From: an uncultured Acidimicrobiaceae bacterium
GTDB lineage: Bacteria; Actinomycetota; Acidimicrobiia; Acidimicrobiales; RAAP-2
Direction of reading: 5' to 3'
DNA: 64,000 nt
Assembly (NCBI GenBank): GCA_963731905.1
Contig: CAVSXF010000007.1
Span: 2,535,830-2,599,829, forward strand
Shown here: positions 10,458 through 21,320 of the stretch, piece by piece
How positions within the stretch are numbered: the stretch's first letter is position 1
Layout of the letters: every line of letters begins with the position of its first letter
Notes under the pieces: model-generated
The model's input: only the letters and a program-made list of their open reading frames with translations
Told to the model about the DNA's origin: nothing
Databases searched by the model: none
Translations under genes and position numbers: made by a program

Positions 10458-11378
10458 GTGCAACTCTTCGATGCGGCGGCGGACGAGTACGACGCAGCTC
10501 GACCCGCGTATCCGGATCTCGTCTACGACCTCTTGGAGTCCCGGACCGGACCGCTTCGCGGCAAGCTGGTCGGCGACGGTGGCACCGGGACCGGCATCGT
10601 CGCCCGCCAGCTCCTCGAACGGGGGGCCCGTGTCATCGGCTTCGATCCCGGCCCGGGCATGCTGCGGCACGCAGCGCGGCGCCTCCCTCGCTCGCTCCTG
10701 GTGGCGGCCGAGGCTGCGCGGATGCCATTTCGCACCGGCTGCTTGGAGCTGCTGTGCTTCGGGCAGAGCTGGCACTGGGTCGAACAGGAGGCGGGAGCGC
10801 GGGAGGCGGCACGGGTCCTCCAGCCGGGAGGGTGCTGGGCGGCGTGGTGGAACCACCCTTGGGCGGACGGCGAGCCGTGGTTCGAGCGCTACTGCACCCT
10901 GACTGCGGAGCGGTGCGCCGGGTGGTCACGCGAGCAGCGGGACACCGATTGGTGCGCCAGTGCGATCCGTGGGAATCGCGACTTCCTCACTCCGGAACGA
11001 GACGACATCGAGTGGGAGCGCCGGGTCTCGGTCGACGACTGGCTGACCGATCTGCGGAGCCACTCCCACGTCATCGCCTTGAGCCCGACCGCACGCGATC
11101 GCCTGCTCGAGGATATCGAGACGGTGCTGCGGGAACGGTTCGCCGAGACCATGACCGTGCCTTACCAGACCCGGGTGTGGCTGGCGCAGCGTCGCGGGTC
11201 GACGCCCTACCAGCGAAGGGAGCGCGGACGCGAAGTCCAGTTGTTCGACGAATCGAGCGGCCGCGTTCTCAGTACTGCCAGACCCGCACCCAGTCGACCT
11301 TCGTCGTTGCCGGCAGATTCGTGGTCCACGACTGGAACCCGTTACTGGTGCCGATCCCGAGGGCCTGGGTCAGATTGA
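10458..11378 (+). CDS. Class I SAM-dependent methyltransferase
   Basis: In-frame GTG at 10458. Motif I VGDGGTGTGIV, plus LQPGG. The last ~60 codons look non-conserved (the final ~36 overlap the convergent GH16 gene), so the native stop may have been lost. Confidence 0.7.
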   Translation: MQLFDAAADEYDAARPAYPDLVYDLLESRTGPLRGKLVGDGGTGTGIVARQLLERGARVIGFDPGPGMLRHAARRLPRSLLVAAEAARMPFRTGCLELLCFGQSWHWVEQEAGAREAARVLQPGGCWAAWWNHPWADGEPWFERYCTLTAERCAGWSREQRDTDWCASAIRGNRDFLTPERDDIEWERRVSVDDWLTDLRSHSHVIALSPTARDRLLEDIETVLRERFAETMTVPYQTRVWLAQRRGSTPYQRRERGREVQLFDESSGRVLSTARPAPSRPSSLPADSWSTTGTRYWCRSRGPGSD

Positions 11379-12225
11379 GGAAGAACGGCTGGGTGTACGG
11401 CTCGGGCGGCTTGTCGGGGTACGTCGCGTATGGCGCATACGTGTCCGCGAAGCAGGCGACGCCGTCGTAGTACGTGGTGATGGTGGTCGGCGTCCACATG
11501 ACCGCATAGGTGTGCCATTGCCCGGCGGTGGTCTCACCAGCGATCGCGCAGTTGTCGTTGGTGGCGTTCGGGTCCCGCGTGGAGCCGTGGTAGTGCACGA
11601 CGGGAACGTCGAGATTCGGATACTTCGAATAGAACTCGCCGAAGTCGATCTCGCCGCTGTCGGGCCATGCCCCGTAGAGGGTCTCGTTCAAGGGATAGAG
11701 CCAGAGCGTCTCCTGCACGCCGCGGGTGGCCAGCGCCGGCAATTCGACCCTCGCCTGGAAGTAGCCGTACTGCTGGCTGAAGAGGCCCATGGAGTCGACC
11801 ATGCCACCCACGTACTTCGTCCAGAAGCTGTGCATGATCTCGTTGCACTGGAACCCCTTCCCGTTCGAGACAACGGAGAGGTTGAGGTACCCGCCCGTTT
11901 CCGAAATCGTTCTCGGGTCGTTCATGTAGCAGACGTACGAGCCCGACGGCCCCGTGTGGTAGCTGCTGTTGCTCGTCAGCATCGGCTGCCAGTTGGACGT
12001 GTTCAACGACGTCCCGTTGAACTCGTCGTCGAAGGTGCACGACCATTGGCCCGACGGGGAAGCGATGGGCGGCGTCGTACCCGAACAGGATGCTCCGGTC
12101 GCATGCAATGCGTGCGCGGCGGCTCCCGCTGACGTGACGCCGAGCGTCATCGTGAGCCCGGTGAAGAGCAGTGAGCCGGCCAGCGCGCACGCGGCGGTGC
12201 GCCGACGCGATTTGGATTGCGACAC
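11269..12225 (-). CDS. Secreted glycoside hydrolase family 16 (beta-glucanase/laminarinase-like)
   Basis: GTG at 12225 preceded by GGGAGG. Signal peptide (RRRTAACALAGSLLFTGLTMTLG). Catalytic E-x-D-x-x-E motif (GEIDFGE). C-terminal WVRVWQY is typical of the GH16 jelly-roll. Confidence 0.85.
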   Translation of the reverse strand: MSQSKSRRRTAACALAGSLLFTGLTMTLGVTSAGAAAHALHATGASCSGTTPPIASPSGQWSCTFDDEFNGTSLNTSNWQPMLTSNSSYHTGPSGSYVCYMNDPRTISETGGYLNLSVVSNGKGFQCNEIMHSFWTKYVGGMVDSMGLFSQQYGYFQARVELPALATRGVQETLWLYPLNETLYGAWPDSGEIDFGEFYSKYPNLDVPVVHYHGSTRDPNATNDNCAIAGETTAGQWHTYAVMWTPTTITTYYDGVACFADTYAPYATYPDKPPEPYTQPFFLNLTQALGIGTSNGFQSWTTNLPATTKVDWVRVWQY

Positions 12226-12414
12226 GATCGTCCCTCCCACCCAGGTTGCCGCTGGGCTTGCCCCTTTCCTGCTTCCGGAAACCCCGCTTGAGGGCAAAAC
12301 TTGTGACGAAATTGGTACGGCAACCCGCGCGTAGCCGAACGCACCCATCTGAGGCACCGGTTTCGCCGCCGCCTACCCCTACCCCCGGGTGGGTTCCGCA
12401 GCCGACTCGAACAG

Positions 12415-13725
12415 CTAGACCGACTCCACCGTCTCGAAGACGATGGGCGCGGGAAGGGCACCGTTCTGGTTGTCGGCCTCGATCGGGATGATCGTGTCGA
12501 TCTCGTCCTCGACAGCGGGCGCGTCGGGCGTGATGCGACGCGCGCAGTGCACCAGCATGGCGAACGCCGCCACCGAGTAGATGGCGTAGCCGACGCAGAT
12601 GCCGGCGATGGCGGCGATGACCCCCCAGAGAACGCCGGCCGTCACGGAACAGCCGAACAGGACCGGGATCATGACGATCGAAAGGCGGAGATTCTCCTTG
12701 GCCGCGCGGATCGAGCGGAGCCCCGCCGCAAAGGCCCCGGAGAGAGCGGTCAGCGCAAACGCGAGCCCCATCAGCGGAACCATCCGGTGAGCTGCGGGCC
12801 ACGTCGGGCCGAGCGCCTTGGTCATGGCATGCACCGGGATGAAGTAGACGAGGGCGCCCCAGCTCAGCATGACCACGGCCGTCGCCGCTCCCGCGAGAAC
12901 GACGAACCGGAGCGCCTTGCCGACGTTGACCTGGAAATAGCGCGCCGCCAGGGCGACCATCGACGTGACGATGCCCTGGGTCAGCACGGTGATGGGCCCG
13001 AAGGCGACCTGCGCCAGCTTGAACTGGCCGATCACGTCGACCGAGAAGATGGCGATGAAGATGTAGATGGCCACGTAGGTCCAGGAGCTGACCAGCAGCC
13101 ATTGGCCTGCGAAACGGAAACCGACATCGCGCTCGCTGTTGAACCAGAAGCGAATGAGTCCCAGGAGGTCCTTCCTCCCCAGGTGGTTCCACAACGTGTA
13201 GACGCCGACGGCAGCACCCGCCGCGCTCCAGGATCCGAAGAGCCAGGGCAGTGACACGAGGTGTGCGTGGCGCAGCACGATGTAGCCGACGACCGACAGG
13301 AACAGCCACGAGGCATCGAGGCCGATGGCGTAGGCCGGGTTGTAGCGGCTGATGCCGAGATAACGGGAATAATCCTGCGCGGAGAGCAGCGGAAGCGACA
13401 CCGCAAAGATGACGAAGGTCAGGCGCAGCTCGGGGCTGAAGGCGGCGCTGAGCACGAGCACCAGCAGGGCCATGATGGACGAGCACGCGATCGCCGAGAT
13501 ATAGCCCGCCCGTTCGTACTTCCTCATCACGCCCTCGTCGGTGTCGTGGCGGGTCATGAGGCAGTCGCTGGTAAGGCTCCGGATCAGGCCCTGCGTGAGG
13601 ATCCAGGTCGTGTTGACGATGGCGAAGACGCCCAGGACGTTGGCATGGCTGTAATGGGCGATCCCGAACGAAAGCGCGAAGTTGTTGGCGCTCGAGAAGC
13701 CCTGGTCGACGACCGTGAGGCCCAT
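12415..13725 (-). CDS. wzx: Polysaccharide flippase, MOP/Wzx-like multi-pass membrane protein
   Basis: ORF 12415-13992. The hydrophobic multi-TM body starts at ATG 13725 (an alternative GTG lies about 13785). Assigned from its location in a glycan locus and its topology; no diagnostic motif. Confidence 0.65.
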   Translation of the reverse strand: MGLTVVDQGFSSANNFALSFGIAHYSHANVLGVFAIVNTTWILTQGLIRSLTSDCLMTRHDTDEGVMRKYERAGYISAIACSSIMALLVLVLSAAFSPELRLTFVIFAVSLPLLSAQDYSRYLGISRYNPAYAIGLDASWLFLSVVGYIVLRHAHLVSLPWLFGSWSAAGAAVGVYTLWNHLGRKDLLGLIRFWFNSERDVGFRFAGQWLLVSSWTYVAIYIFIAIFSVDVIGQFKLAQVAFGPITVLTQGIVTSMVALAARYFQVNVGKALRFVVLAGAATAVVMLSWGALVYFIPVHAMTKALGPTWPAAHRMVPLMGLAFALTALSGAFAAGLRSIRAAKENLRLSIVMIPVLFGCSVTAGVLWGVIAAIAGICVGYAIYSVAAFAMLVHCARRITPDAPAVEDEIDTIIPIEADNQNGALPAPIVFETVESV

Positions 13726-14009
13726 GACGCGTTTGCGTGACGCCGTGGTGCGCAGCGATTTCGGGATCGCACGCACCCGATCCACGCGCTCGGACCATGT
13801 GCTCCCGTGCGCCACCGATGGCGCCGCCCGGCCGTCGACGCGTCGTTGGCCGTTGCCTCTTGCGGACGGGGAAACGAGGTTGCGGTCCTCGAGCAGGAAG
13901 GCGACCGGATCTTCGCGACCGCCGGCGGGCACGACGGGATCGCCGGGTGGGCCCACCGAGCCCGTCGTTGCGTCCCCCGTCCTATCCTCCACGAGTCGTC
14001 ATCCAGGGC

Positions 14010-14996
14010 TCACCGCGTGATGGGTGTGGCACCCTCGCTCATCTGGTCGAAGATCCACTTGTAGGTGTTCTGCAGGCCGTCCTCGAGCGAGATGGACGGC
14101 GCCCAGCCCAGCTTCTCCGCGATCAAGGTGTTGTCGCTGTTGCGACCACGTACTCCTTGCGGCGCCGAGGTGTTGTAGTTGCGCTTGAGAGTGACGCCGG
14201 CGATGCCCTCGACGATGTCGACGAGCTCGTTGATCGTCACGAGTTGCTCGGAGCCGATGTTGAGCGGCTCGCGGACGTCACTCGCCGTGAGGCGGAGCGT
14301 GCCGTCCAGGCAGTCGTCGATGTAGGTGAAGCTGCGGGTCTGGAGGCCGTCGCCCCAGATCTCGATCTCGTTGGTCCCGTTCAGCACGGCCGCGGCCACC
14401 TTGCGGCAGATGGCGGCCGGCGCCTTCTCCCGGCCACCGTCATAGGTCCCGAGCGGCCCGTAGACGTTGTGGTAGCGGGCGACGCGGGTCTCGAGTCCGA
14501 AATCCTCGTAGAAGTGGCGGGCCATGCGCTCGCTGAAGAGCTTCTCCCAGCCGTAGCCGTCCTCGGGCATGGCCGGGTAGGCGTCCGCCTCGCGCAGAGG
14601 CTCCACTTCGGGCGACTCCTGCTTGCCTGCGGCGTACACACAGGCGGAAGACGAATAGAAGAGGCGCTGCACACCCTTCTGCCGGGCCGCCTCGAGCATG
14701 TGGGTCGAGATCAGCACCGAGAGCATGCACAGCGCCTTGTTGTTCTCGATGAAGCCCATGCCACCCATGTCCGCGGCCAGGTTGAAGACGGTGTCGATGC
14801 CCTCGCAGGCGCTCTGGCACACGGCCAGGTCCTGCAGGTCGCCCTGGCGGCTGTCCACGTCGTCAAAACGCTGGTGCCACTCGTCGAGCGCCACCCGGTC
14901 GACCCCGCGCACGCTCTCGACGCCCATGTCTCGCAGCCGTGCCACCAGGTGGCCGCCGATGAAGCCACCGGCACCCGTCACCAACACGTTCTTCAT
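14010..14996 (-). CDS. gme: GDP-mannose 3,5-epimerase (NAD-dependent epimerase/dehydratase superfamily)
   Basis: 328 aa, intact. GxxGxxG (VTGAGGFIGGHL). Long stretches match my memory of plant GME: NLAADMGGMGFI, SSACVY, GGREKAPAAICRK, WGDGLQTRSFTYIDDC, GVRGRNSDNTLI, KLGWAP. Confidence 0.8.
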   Translation of the reverse strand: MKNVLVTGAGGFIGGHLVARLRDMGVESVRGVDRVALDEWHQRFDDVDSRQGDLQDLAVCQSACEGIDTVFNLAADMGGMGFIENNKALCMLSVLISTHMLEAARQKGVQRLFYSSSACVYAAGKQESPEVEPLREADAYPAMPEDGYGWEKLFSERMARHFYEDFGLETRVARYHNVYGPLGTYDGGREKAPAAICRKVAAAVLNGTNEIEIWGDGLQTRSFTYIDDCLDGTLRLTASDVREPLNIGSEQLVTINELVDIVEGIAGVTLKRNYNTSAPQGVRGRNSDNTLIAEKLGWAPSISLEDGLQNTYKWIFDQMSEGATPITR

Positions 14997-15072
14997 CGGA
15001 CTTGTCCTCTCCCTTTTCCCATGTCAGAAGGCCTGCACCGCCTCGACTCTTGTTGAAACGTCCCGGCGGCCC

Positions 15073-16335
15073 TCACCTTGTCGTCCCTCCTGCAAGCCCG
15101 GCACCGGCCGGGTCCGGGTGCGGGTCGGCAACCAGGTCCCCGAAGGCCCCCAGGAACTGGTCGGCCGCGGTCTCGGGACTGAACGTCTGCTCGGCGTAAC
15201 GACGCCCGGCCCGGCCCATGGCCCGGCGGCGTTCGGGGTCGTCCAGCAGCGCGGCGGCCTCCTTGACGACGCGGACGCGATCGGAGGGGTCGACCACGAC
15301 GCCGGCCTCCTGCGAGGTCAGGATCTCCGCCACCGAATTGTCGGGTGGCAGCGCACCGAGCACGGCGCGGCTCGAGCACAGGTAGGTCAGCACCTTGGAG
15401 GGCACCGAGAACTTGGATGCGTCCGGCTCGAGGATGGCGACGAGCAGATCGGCGCTCGCCATCATCTCGGGAAGATCCCCGTACGGTTGGAAGTCGAGCA
15501 GGATGACGTTGTCCGCGCCCTCCTGCGCCTTGTGCGCCTCGAGCCAGTCGCGGCCCTTGCCCTCCGACACGACCACCACGCGCGCGTCGGGGTGGGAGGT
15601 GCGCAGCCCCGCCGCCATCTCGGCCAAGATGCTCGGGTCGTGCTTCAGGCCGAGTGTGCCCGAATACAGGACGACCTGGTTGTCGCTCAGCCCCTTGTTC
15701 CGGCGCCACGGGTTGTCGGACGGGTGGACGGGGATCTCGTCGATGGGCGCCCAGTTCGGAACGATCGTGGTCCTTCCGGCGACCCCCCACTCCGACAAGC
15801 GCTCGAGGAACGTCGGCGAGATCGCGACGACCGCGACGCTGCGACGCGCGATCCCCCGCTCGACGCGGTCCGCGATGCGGCCAATGACGCTCCCGAGCAC
15901 GGGGATGCGCCGGCGGGCGGCGACACCGATCGCCTCCGAATAGATGTCCTGGTGCCAGAACACCATCGGGATGCCGCGGCGAGAGAGCTGGCGCGCCAGC
16001 ACCCAGTGCGCAAGCAGCGGCACATTGCTGATCACCGCGACGGCCGGGTCCTTGACGGCGATGGCGTGTGCCGCCGTGCGCCCGTACTGCAGCTCCTGGC
16101 GGAGGCGGGTGCGCGTGGAGTACTTGGCGAACGTGCCGTCCATCTCGACCGGCTCGAACGCGAGGGTGGCCGGGTCGGCGGGCTCGTGCTGCAGGGAGCC
16201 GCGGCCGGTCGTGTAGGAGGGGCAGTACTGGTGCGTCACCTCGTAGCCGCGTCGGGACAGGGCACGGCTCAGCTGTGCCTGGCCCGGATGGCCCGAGTAG
16301 TCGTGTACGACGATCCGCGACGAGCGGGCAGGCAA
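15073..16335 (-). CDS. Glycosyltransferase family 4 (WcaI-like)
   Basis: 420 aa, intact. N-terminal HDYSGHPGQAQLSRALSRRG and C-terminal PSKVLTYLCSSRAVLG resemble WcaI-type GT-B enzymes. Confidence 0.8.
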   Translation of the reverse strand: MPARSSRIVVHDYSGHPGQAQLSRALSRRGYEVTHQYCPSYTTGRGSLQHEPADPATLAFEPVEMDGTFAKYSTRTRLRQELQYGRTAAHAIAVKDPAVAVISNVPLLAHWVLARQLSRRGIPMVFWHQDIYSEAIGVAARRRIPVLGSVIGRIADRVERGIARRSVAVVAISPTFLERLSEWGVAGRTTIVPNWAPIDEIPVHPSDNPWRRNKGLSDNQVVLYSGTLGLKHDPSILAEMAAGLRTSHPDARVVVVSEGKGRDWLEAHKAQEGADNVILLDFQPYGDLPEMMASADLLVAILEPDASKFSVPSKVLTYLCSSRAVLGALPPDNSVAEILTSQEAGVVVDPSDRVRVVKEAAALLDDPERRRAMGRAGRRYAEQTFSPETAADQFLGAFGDLVADPHPDPAGAGLAGGTTR

Positions 16336-16555
16336 CGTGTGGAACCCCCTATGTCCCTCGGTGAAGACCCTCCGTCAGATAACGGGCCAGGCCGAGGGAA
16401 CTTGCAGTCCGGCTGCGAAATACCGCCCTGTCCTGCTGGGTTGTCCCAATGGGCATTGCAGCAGCCGTTCTGCGGGGCGCCGTAGGGTCCCTGGGGCTCT
16501 GCGGCGGAGGCTGGTGGGCACCAGGCCGATTTCCGGCGCGCGCTACCGTGCGCCC

Positions 16556-17621
16556 GTGCGCGTCCTGGTAAATGCCCTGCCCGTCCGCGGCACGAGCCTC
16601 GGCGTGGTCACGGAGAACCTGCTGCGGGGCTGGGACGAGGCCGACGATGTGCACGTCGTGCTCCGACCGGGCGTCGAGCTGGAGCTCCCAGAGCGCATGA
16701 CCAAACACCCCGTCGGGGGGCAGCGCCTCCTCGCCATGGAGAGGGCCGTCCCCGAGCTCTGCCGCCACCTCCAGGCCGACGCCATGCTGGGCGTGACACC
16801 GGCCAGCACGATCGGGCCCCTCCCCTGCCCCGCGGGTGGTCATCTCGCTGGACGTGCGCCACGAGATGCGGCCGCAGCAGTTCAGCTACCGAACGCGCCT
16901 GCTCCGGGGCGTGAGCTACGGCATTGGCTACCGGCGCGCCGATGCCATCGTGACGATCTCGCACCGCACGCGCGAGGACCTGCTCCGCGTCCACCCCTGG
17001 CTGCGGCGCCAGACGATCACCGTCGCCCAGCTGGGTGCCGATCACGTCCTCCGATGGCCCCCGGCCGGGGTCGGGCGGCGCCGAGTACGCGCTCGCGTTC
17101 GGTCAGTGGGGCAACAAGAACGTGGGGCTCGTGCTCGACGCCTGGGCACGGTTGCAGCGCGATGGCGGCGACCCGCCGCCGCTCGTGATCGTGGGGCTGC
17201 CGGAAGCAGAGAGGGCGAAGGTGCGGGCGGACGCGACGGCGCGCGGCCTGGGCGAGCTCGTCACCGTCAAGCCGTGGCTCGACCCCGACGAGTTCCGGCG
17301 GCAGTTCACGGGGGCGTCACTTGTCGTGTTCCCCTCCGATTACGAGGGTTTCGGCCTCCCGGCGCTCGAAGCGATGCGCCTCGGCATCCCTGTCGTCGTC
17401 ACTCCGGACCCCGCGCTCTTCGAGGTAACAGGCGGACTGGCCACCGTCATGGACGGCTGGGACGCGGCAGCGCTGGCGCGGGCCGTACCGGTGGCGCGCT
17501 CGCTGAGGGCGGAAGACCTCGAGCGCGGCGTCAAGCACGCGTCCGCGTTCACGTGGGGACGCACCGCGGCGACGTGCGAAGGACGCTGGTGGAATGTATC
17601 GACGCCGCCGGGAAGCCCTGA
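16556..17621 (+). pseudogene. Glycosyltransferase family 4 (GT-B); about 3 frame changes
   Basis: Stitched from ORFs 16337, 16836 and 17035. Contains FPSDYEGFGLPALEAMRLGIPVV (E-x7-E region). The probable C-terminus VRRTLVECIDAAGKP ends with a stop at 17621. Confidence 0.7.
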
Positions 17622-17648
17622 GGCAGAGGCGCGCGGCGACGCCCTCGG

Positions 17649-18898
17649 CTATTTGGTCCAGCCGAGATCGTCGAGCGTGCGGCCGATGGCCGGAATGTCG
17701 GCCTCGATGTCGCTCACGAGGAGCTCGGACAGCGACAACGGCTTCGGATCGCCCCTGCCGAGGACGTAGCGGTACTCGAGACCGGGCACGACTTTCGGCC
17801 AACTTCCAGTAGCAGGTGTTGACGCCGCCGGAGGGAAACAGCTCGATCACGGCCGCACCGGGAGCCGCGAACGTGAGGTTGACCAACCCAGCACTGTGCG
17901 CGCCCACGATCATCGATGCCTGTGCGAACGTCTCGATCTGTTCGAGGGCGGACAGCTTCCCGGGGTCGACCATGTCGAAGCCGTGACCGCTGAGGTAGTC
18001 CATCAACTCGGGCTCGTTGTCGACGCGGCGGTTGTTCATGGCGCCGCCACGGGTGACGTAGATCGCCGCGGCCTTCGATCCGCTTGATCTTCGGCGGCAG
18101 CAGGGTGCGGCGCAAGTACTCGATGACCCACGGCGGATTGATGATGGTCATCGAGGCCGGCGTCGGGACGATCAGCGTCTCGGCAACGACGTGGCGGGTC
18201 TCGGAGCTGTCGATAACCCGTCCCAGGTCGATGCCCATCATCTCGAGCAACTCGCGCTGGAAATGGGTGGACTTCGGCGCATACCAGAGGTCGGGCGGTG
18301 CGACGTCAGGACATTGCTCGAGCACGCCGAGGCGAGGCAGCACATCGATCATGAAGTGGTAGTAGTTCGTGTCGCCCTGCAGCGCGAGGAGGCCGAGCCT
18401 TCCACCCACTTCGAGGGGCAGGCCGGGGAAAGGGTGCAGGAAGATCGGGTGTTCGCGGGCGCGACTGGTCCCGAAGTACAGGCTCACCTCGACGAGCAGA
18501 GTCGTCGTTGCCCGTGATCACCGCGTTGTGCGGTGACAGGACGCGGCCGTGCGGGAGCTCGGCGACGGCGACGCGGCGGACGTGCTCCGAGAGCCACGGC
18601 ACGTAGTCAGCGCTGCGATCGGGGAGGCCCTTCGGGACGGTGCGAGTCAGCATCTCGGGCGGTCGGACCGTCAGGCAGCGTCCGCCCGTGGTGGCGCCGC
18701 CTCCTCCATGCTCTCCACGTACCCGGTGGGCAGGTAGCCACCGCGCAACTGACTGGCGCGTACGGTCGCCGGCGCGACCATGCGGGTCGCCTGTGTGTAC
18801 GCCGGCTTGAGGTACGGCCACATGGGGCGCAGGCGCGGTGACAGCCGGACCACCGCTAGGCCTCCCGCGGGCCAGGGCGACGCTCCCGGCACTGTCAT
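17649..18898 (-). pseudogene. GT61/DUF563-type glycosyltransferase; about 3 frame changes
   Basis: Stitched from ORFs 18671, 18306, 17714 and 17317. Contains NYYHFMIDVLPRL and VGAHSAGLVNLTFA (the G-x-H-x-AGL-x-N motif of GT61). The C-terminus reads through to TK-stop at 17649 only if one A of the run at 17793-17795 is removed. Confidence 0.65.
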
Positions 18899-19609
18899 GC
18901 CGTTACGCCGCCGGCCGGCGGCGGGCGAAGACGACGAGACCCATCCAGGTGCTCGTCGGCAGATAGCGCTCGGTAGCGCCGATCACCTTGCGGAGGCGGG
19001 GCCACGGCTTGAAGTACTGCTCGAGCCCGGTGCGATGGGCCAACGCCCAGTCGAAGTCTGCGTCGAACACCCGGGCCAGATCGCGCGCGCGTGTTCATCT
19101 TGTAGGCGGTGTGAAACACGTCCTGCGCTTCGCGGTCCAGGTTGCAGGTGGGCGACGGCGCCGGCGTGACGCTCGTTGGGCACGACTCGGGCGACGACCG
19201 AGAGCAGGGAGCGGCGGCTGACGGTGCGCCCGACGAAGGTGCCGCCCGGGCGCAGGACGCGGGCCAACTCCTTGACGAAGGCCTCGGGGTCGGTCACGTG
19301 CTCGAGCACGTAGTCGCTGACGGCCAGGTCGACCGACGCGTCGTCGAGCGGCCAGCGGCCGTCGTCGCCGATGAGGCGGAACTCGTCGATGACCGGGTTG
19401 GCCGTGCCGGCGTCCTCGATGTCGATGCCGATGACGGTGCGACCCGGGCCCCGGAGGTCCTGCCAGGGGCCGCCGGGCTGGTCGAGCTCGACGGCGGCGC
19501 CGCGGCCGCATCCGACCTCGACGACGAGCTTGGCGTGGGCGGCGAGCGCCTGGGCGCTGACGAAGAAGACGTGGGCGCTGTCGGTGCCGAGGATGCGGTC
19601 GTCGAACAT
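18893..19609 (-). pseudogene. Class I SAM-dependent methyltransferase (Methyltransf_11/23-like); 2-3 frame changes
   Basis: ATG at 19609. Contains VVEVGCGRG, DLAVSDYVLEHV and LRPGG. The tail was recovered in two other frames, ending ARRRPAA-stop at 18893. Confidence 0.6.
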
Positions 19610-19699
19610 CTCGCCGAGGCCGAGGTAATCCGACGGGGCCGACTTCGGGGTGCGGGCGCGACGCGGCGCGCTCGTCGCCCCTCTTGGTTCGGTGTTCGG

Positions 19700-21217
19700 C
19701 ACGCGCTTATGGAGAACCTGGGAGGGCGCGGCGTGCCGGCCGCGGCCGTCAGTGGTGTCCAGGGCCGGCGGGTCACGGGCGCGCGCGCGGCGGGCCCGTC
19801 GGTTTCGACTGGCGCCGGATCCGCTGCGGCGTGCCGGCCGACCGTGCCGCGGACCCGGCGCGGCTGACCGTTGGTGACGAGTGCCGGTGTTTCGGGCAGT
19901 TCGACCGGGAGCGCGATGGCGTCGTGGGCGGGCGCCGGCGGCGGTGCGTAGTCGCGGAACGTGAGCGCGAGGAGGAACGGCATCCAAAACCATCGGTCGA
20001 CCAGTTCCGGGCCCTGCATGGCGAAGAACAGATCGGCGACGCATGCCGCGAGGACCACGTCGCGCATGGGGTCCCAGTTCTTTCCGGCGCGTATTCGGCC
20101 GTGCAGAAGCCGACTGAAGGCGGAGCCCACCATGATGATGAGGCCGACCAGCATGAAGATGCCGCCGCCATACCAGTACAGGGCAATCAGGTTGTGCGGC
20201 GGGTAGTACACGTAGAGCGACCTGTCGAAGTAGACGGCCAGCGTCTGCTGATCGAGCCCGTGACCGGTGATGGGCTTCTGGAGGATCTCGCTCCAGGCCT
20301 TGTCGATGGTGTCGATGCGCAGTTGCAGCGTCCCGCCGCCCGACCCCGCGTTGGAGTTCGTCGTCTTTTCGATGCGCGTGATCGGATCGAGTTTCGAGCC
20401 GCGGTCGATCACGCCGAACACGAGCAGGTAGACGGCGGCCAGTGCGAGCACGACGGACACGACCGTCTTGAGCGGCACCCCGCGGGCGATGAAGAGCACG
20501 AGGAGCCCGACGATCACGGCCCCCATGCCCGAGACGCTCGCGGCGAGCAGGAGCGCCATGGCGATCACGAGGACGCAGCCGCTGAGGTACCAGTGCCGGC
20601 GCCAGCCGATCTGGAGCAGCAGTCCGACGCCCAGGATGATGCCCAAGGCGAACACGATGCCGGCCAGGTTCGGCTGGTTGCTGAGTCCGACCGCCCGCGA
20701 GTTGCCGCCGATCGTCCCGCTCCCCGCGGCGATGGAGCCGGCTTTGGGGAGGAAGACGTGCAGCGTCACCTGCAGGATGGCGACGAAGGCCGACAGCGAT
20801 GCTCCCGGCGATGAAGAACCCGATGGCGCGTTGGAGGTGCAGCGTCGTGCCCAACTGCTGGCGGAGCAGGTACTGCAGGATGAAGAACACGTAGACCGCG
20901 TTGAACACGACGATGACGGACTGCGGCACCGCGTCGGCCTGCGTGCTCGCCAACATGCCGGCCAGCAGGAACATGAACGCGCCGACGTACCAGGCGGGCG
21001 TCCGGGGTGCCCGGGGCGGCGGTTTTCGGGCGAGGACGAGAAAGATGAAACCCAGCAGGAAGATGGCGTCGCTGACGTTCAGACCATGGGTGACCTTGAA
21101 CCGCAGCAGGGGCAGGAAGAACATGCCGACGTACAGAAAACCGCGTGAGATGAACACGAAGAGGTCTTCCTGTTTCGACGCCTTCTTCCAACTCGCCCAC
21201 GCCCCGGCCACCTGCAC
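19700..21217 (-). pseudogene. O-antigen ligase/polymerase-domain (Wzy_C-like) multi-pass membrane protein; at least 1 frame change
   Basis: N-terminal part in ORF 18983-21217 and body in ORF 19294-20769. About 10 TM helices and a large loop containing YYPPHNLIALYWYGGGIFMLVG. The 3' end is approximate. Confidence 0.65.
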
Positions 21218-21288
21218 CCCCTAAAAATACATGGCGGCCCACAGGCAAAGACAAAGAATTCCACCTGCGGACCCCTGTAGCATTTCGA

Positions 21289-21309
21289 ATCCTCCCTTCG
21301 GCGGAGGAT
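21289..21309 (+). other. Stem-loop ATCCTCC-CTTCGGC-GGAGGAT in the divergent intergenic region
   Basis: 7-bp perfect stem with a C-UUCG-G tetraloop-like apex. The 3' arm GGAGGA is a Shine-Dalgarno-like sequence 12 nt upstream of TTG 21321. Confidence 0.3.
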
Positions 21310-21320
21310 GATTCAATCGT

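Noticed and set aside
11269-11378. A 110-nt convergent overlap between the methyltransferase ORF and the GH16 gene. There is also a 34-nt overlap of the MFS and acyl-CoA synthetase genes at 26497-26530.
   Set aside because: Stop codons are rare in this G+C range, so ORFs overrun. The methyltransferase tail looks non-conserved and may result from a lost stop. I see no evidence of a functional antisense arrangement.
11534-13798. 754-aa ORF on the minus strand, overlapping the GH16 and Wzx genes in a different frame. Similar very long ORFs occur at 13737-15056(+), 14698-16485(+), 19684-20814(+), 25238-27412(-), 25636-28122(+), 38447-39898(+) and 61274-62698(+).
   Set aside because: Their translations are dominated by Arg/Gly/Pro/Ala with no family motifs. 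Each overlaps, out of frame or in antisense, a gene with clear motifs. These are the stop-poor shadow frames expected in high-G+C DNA.
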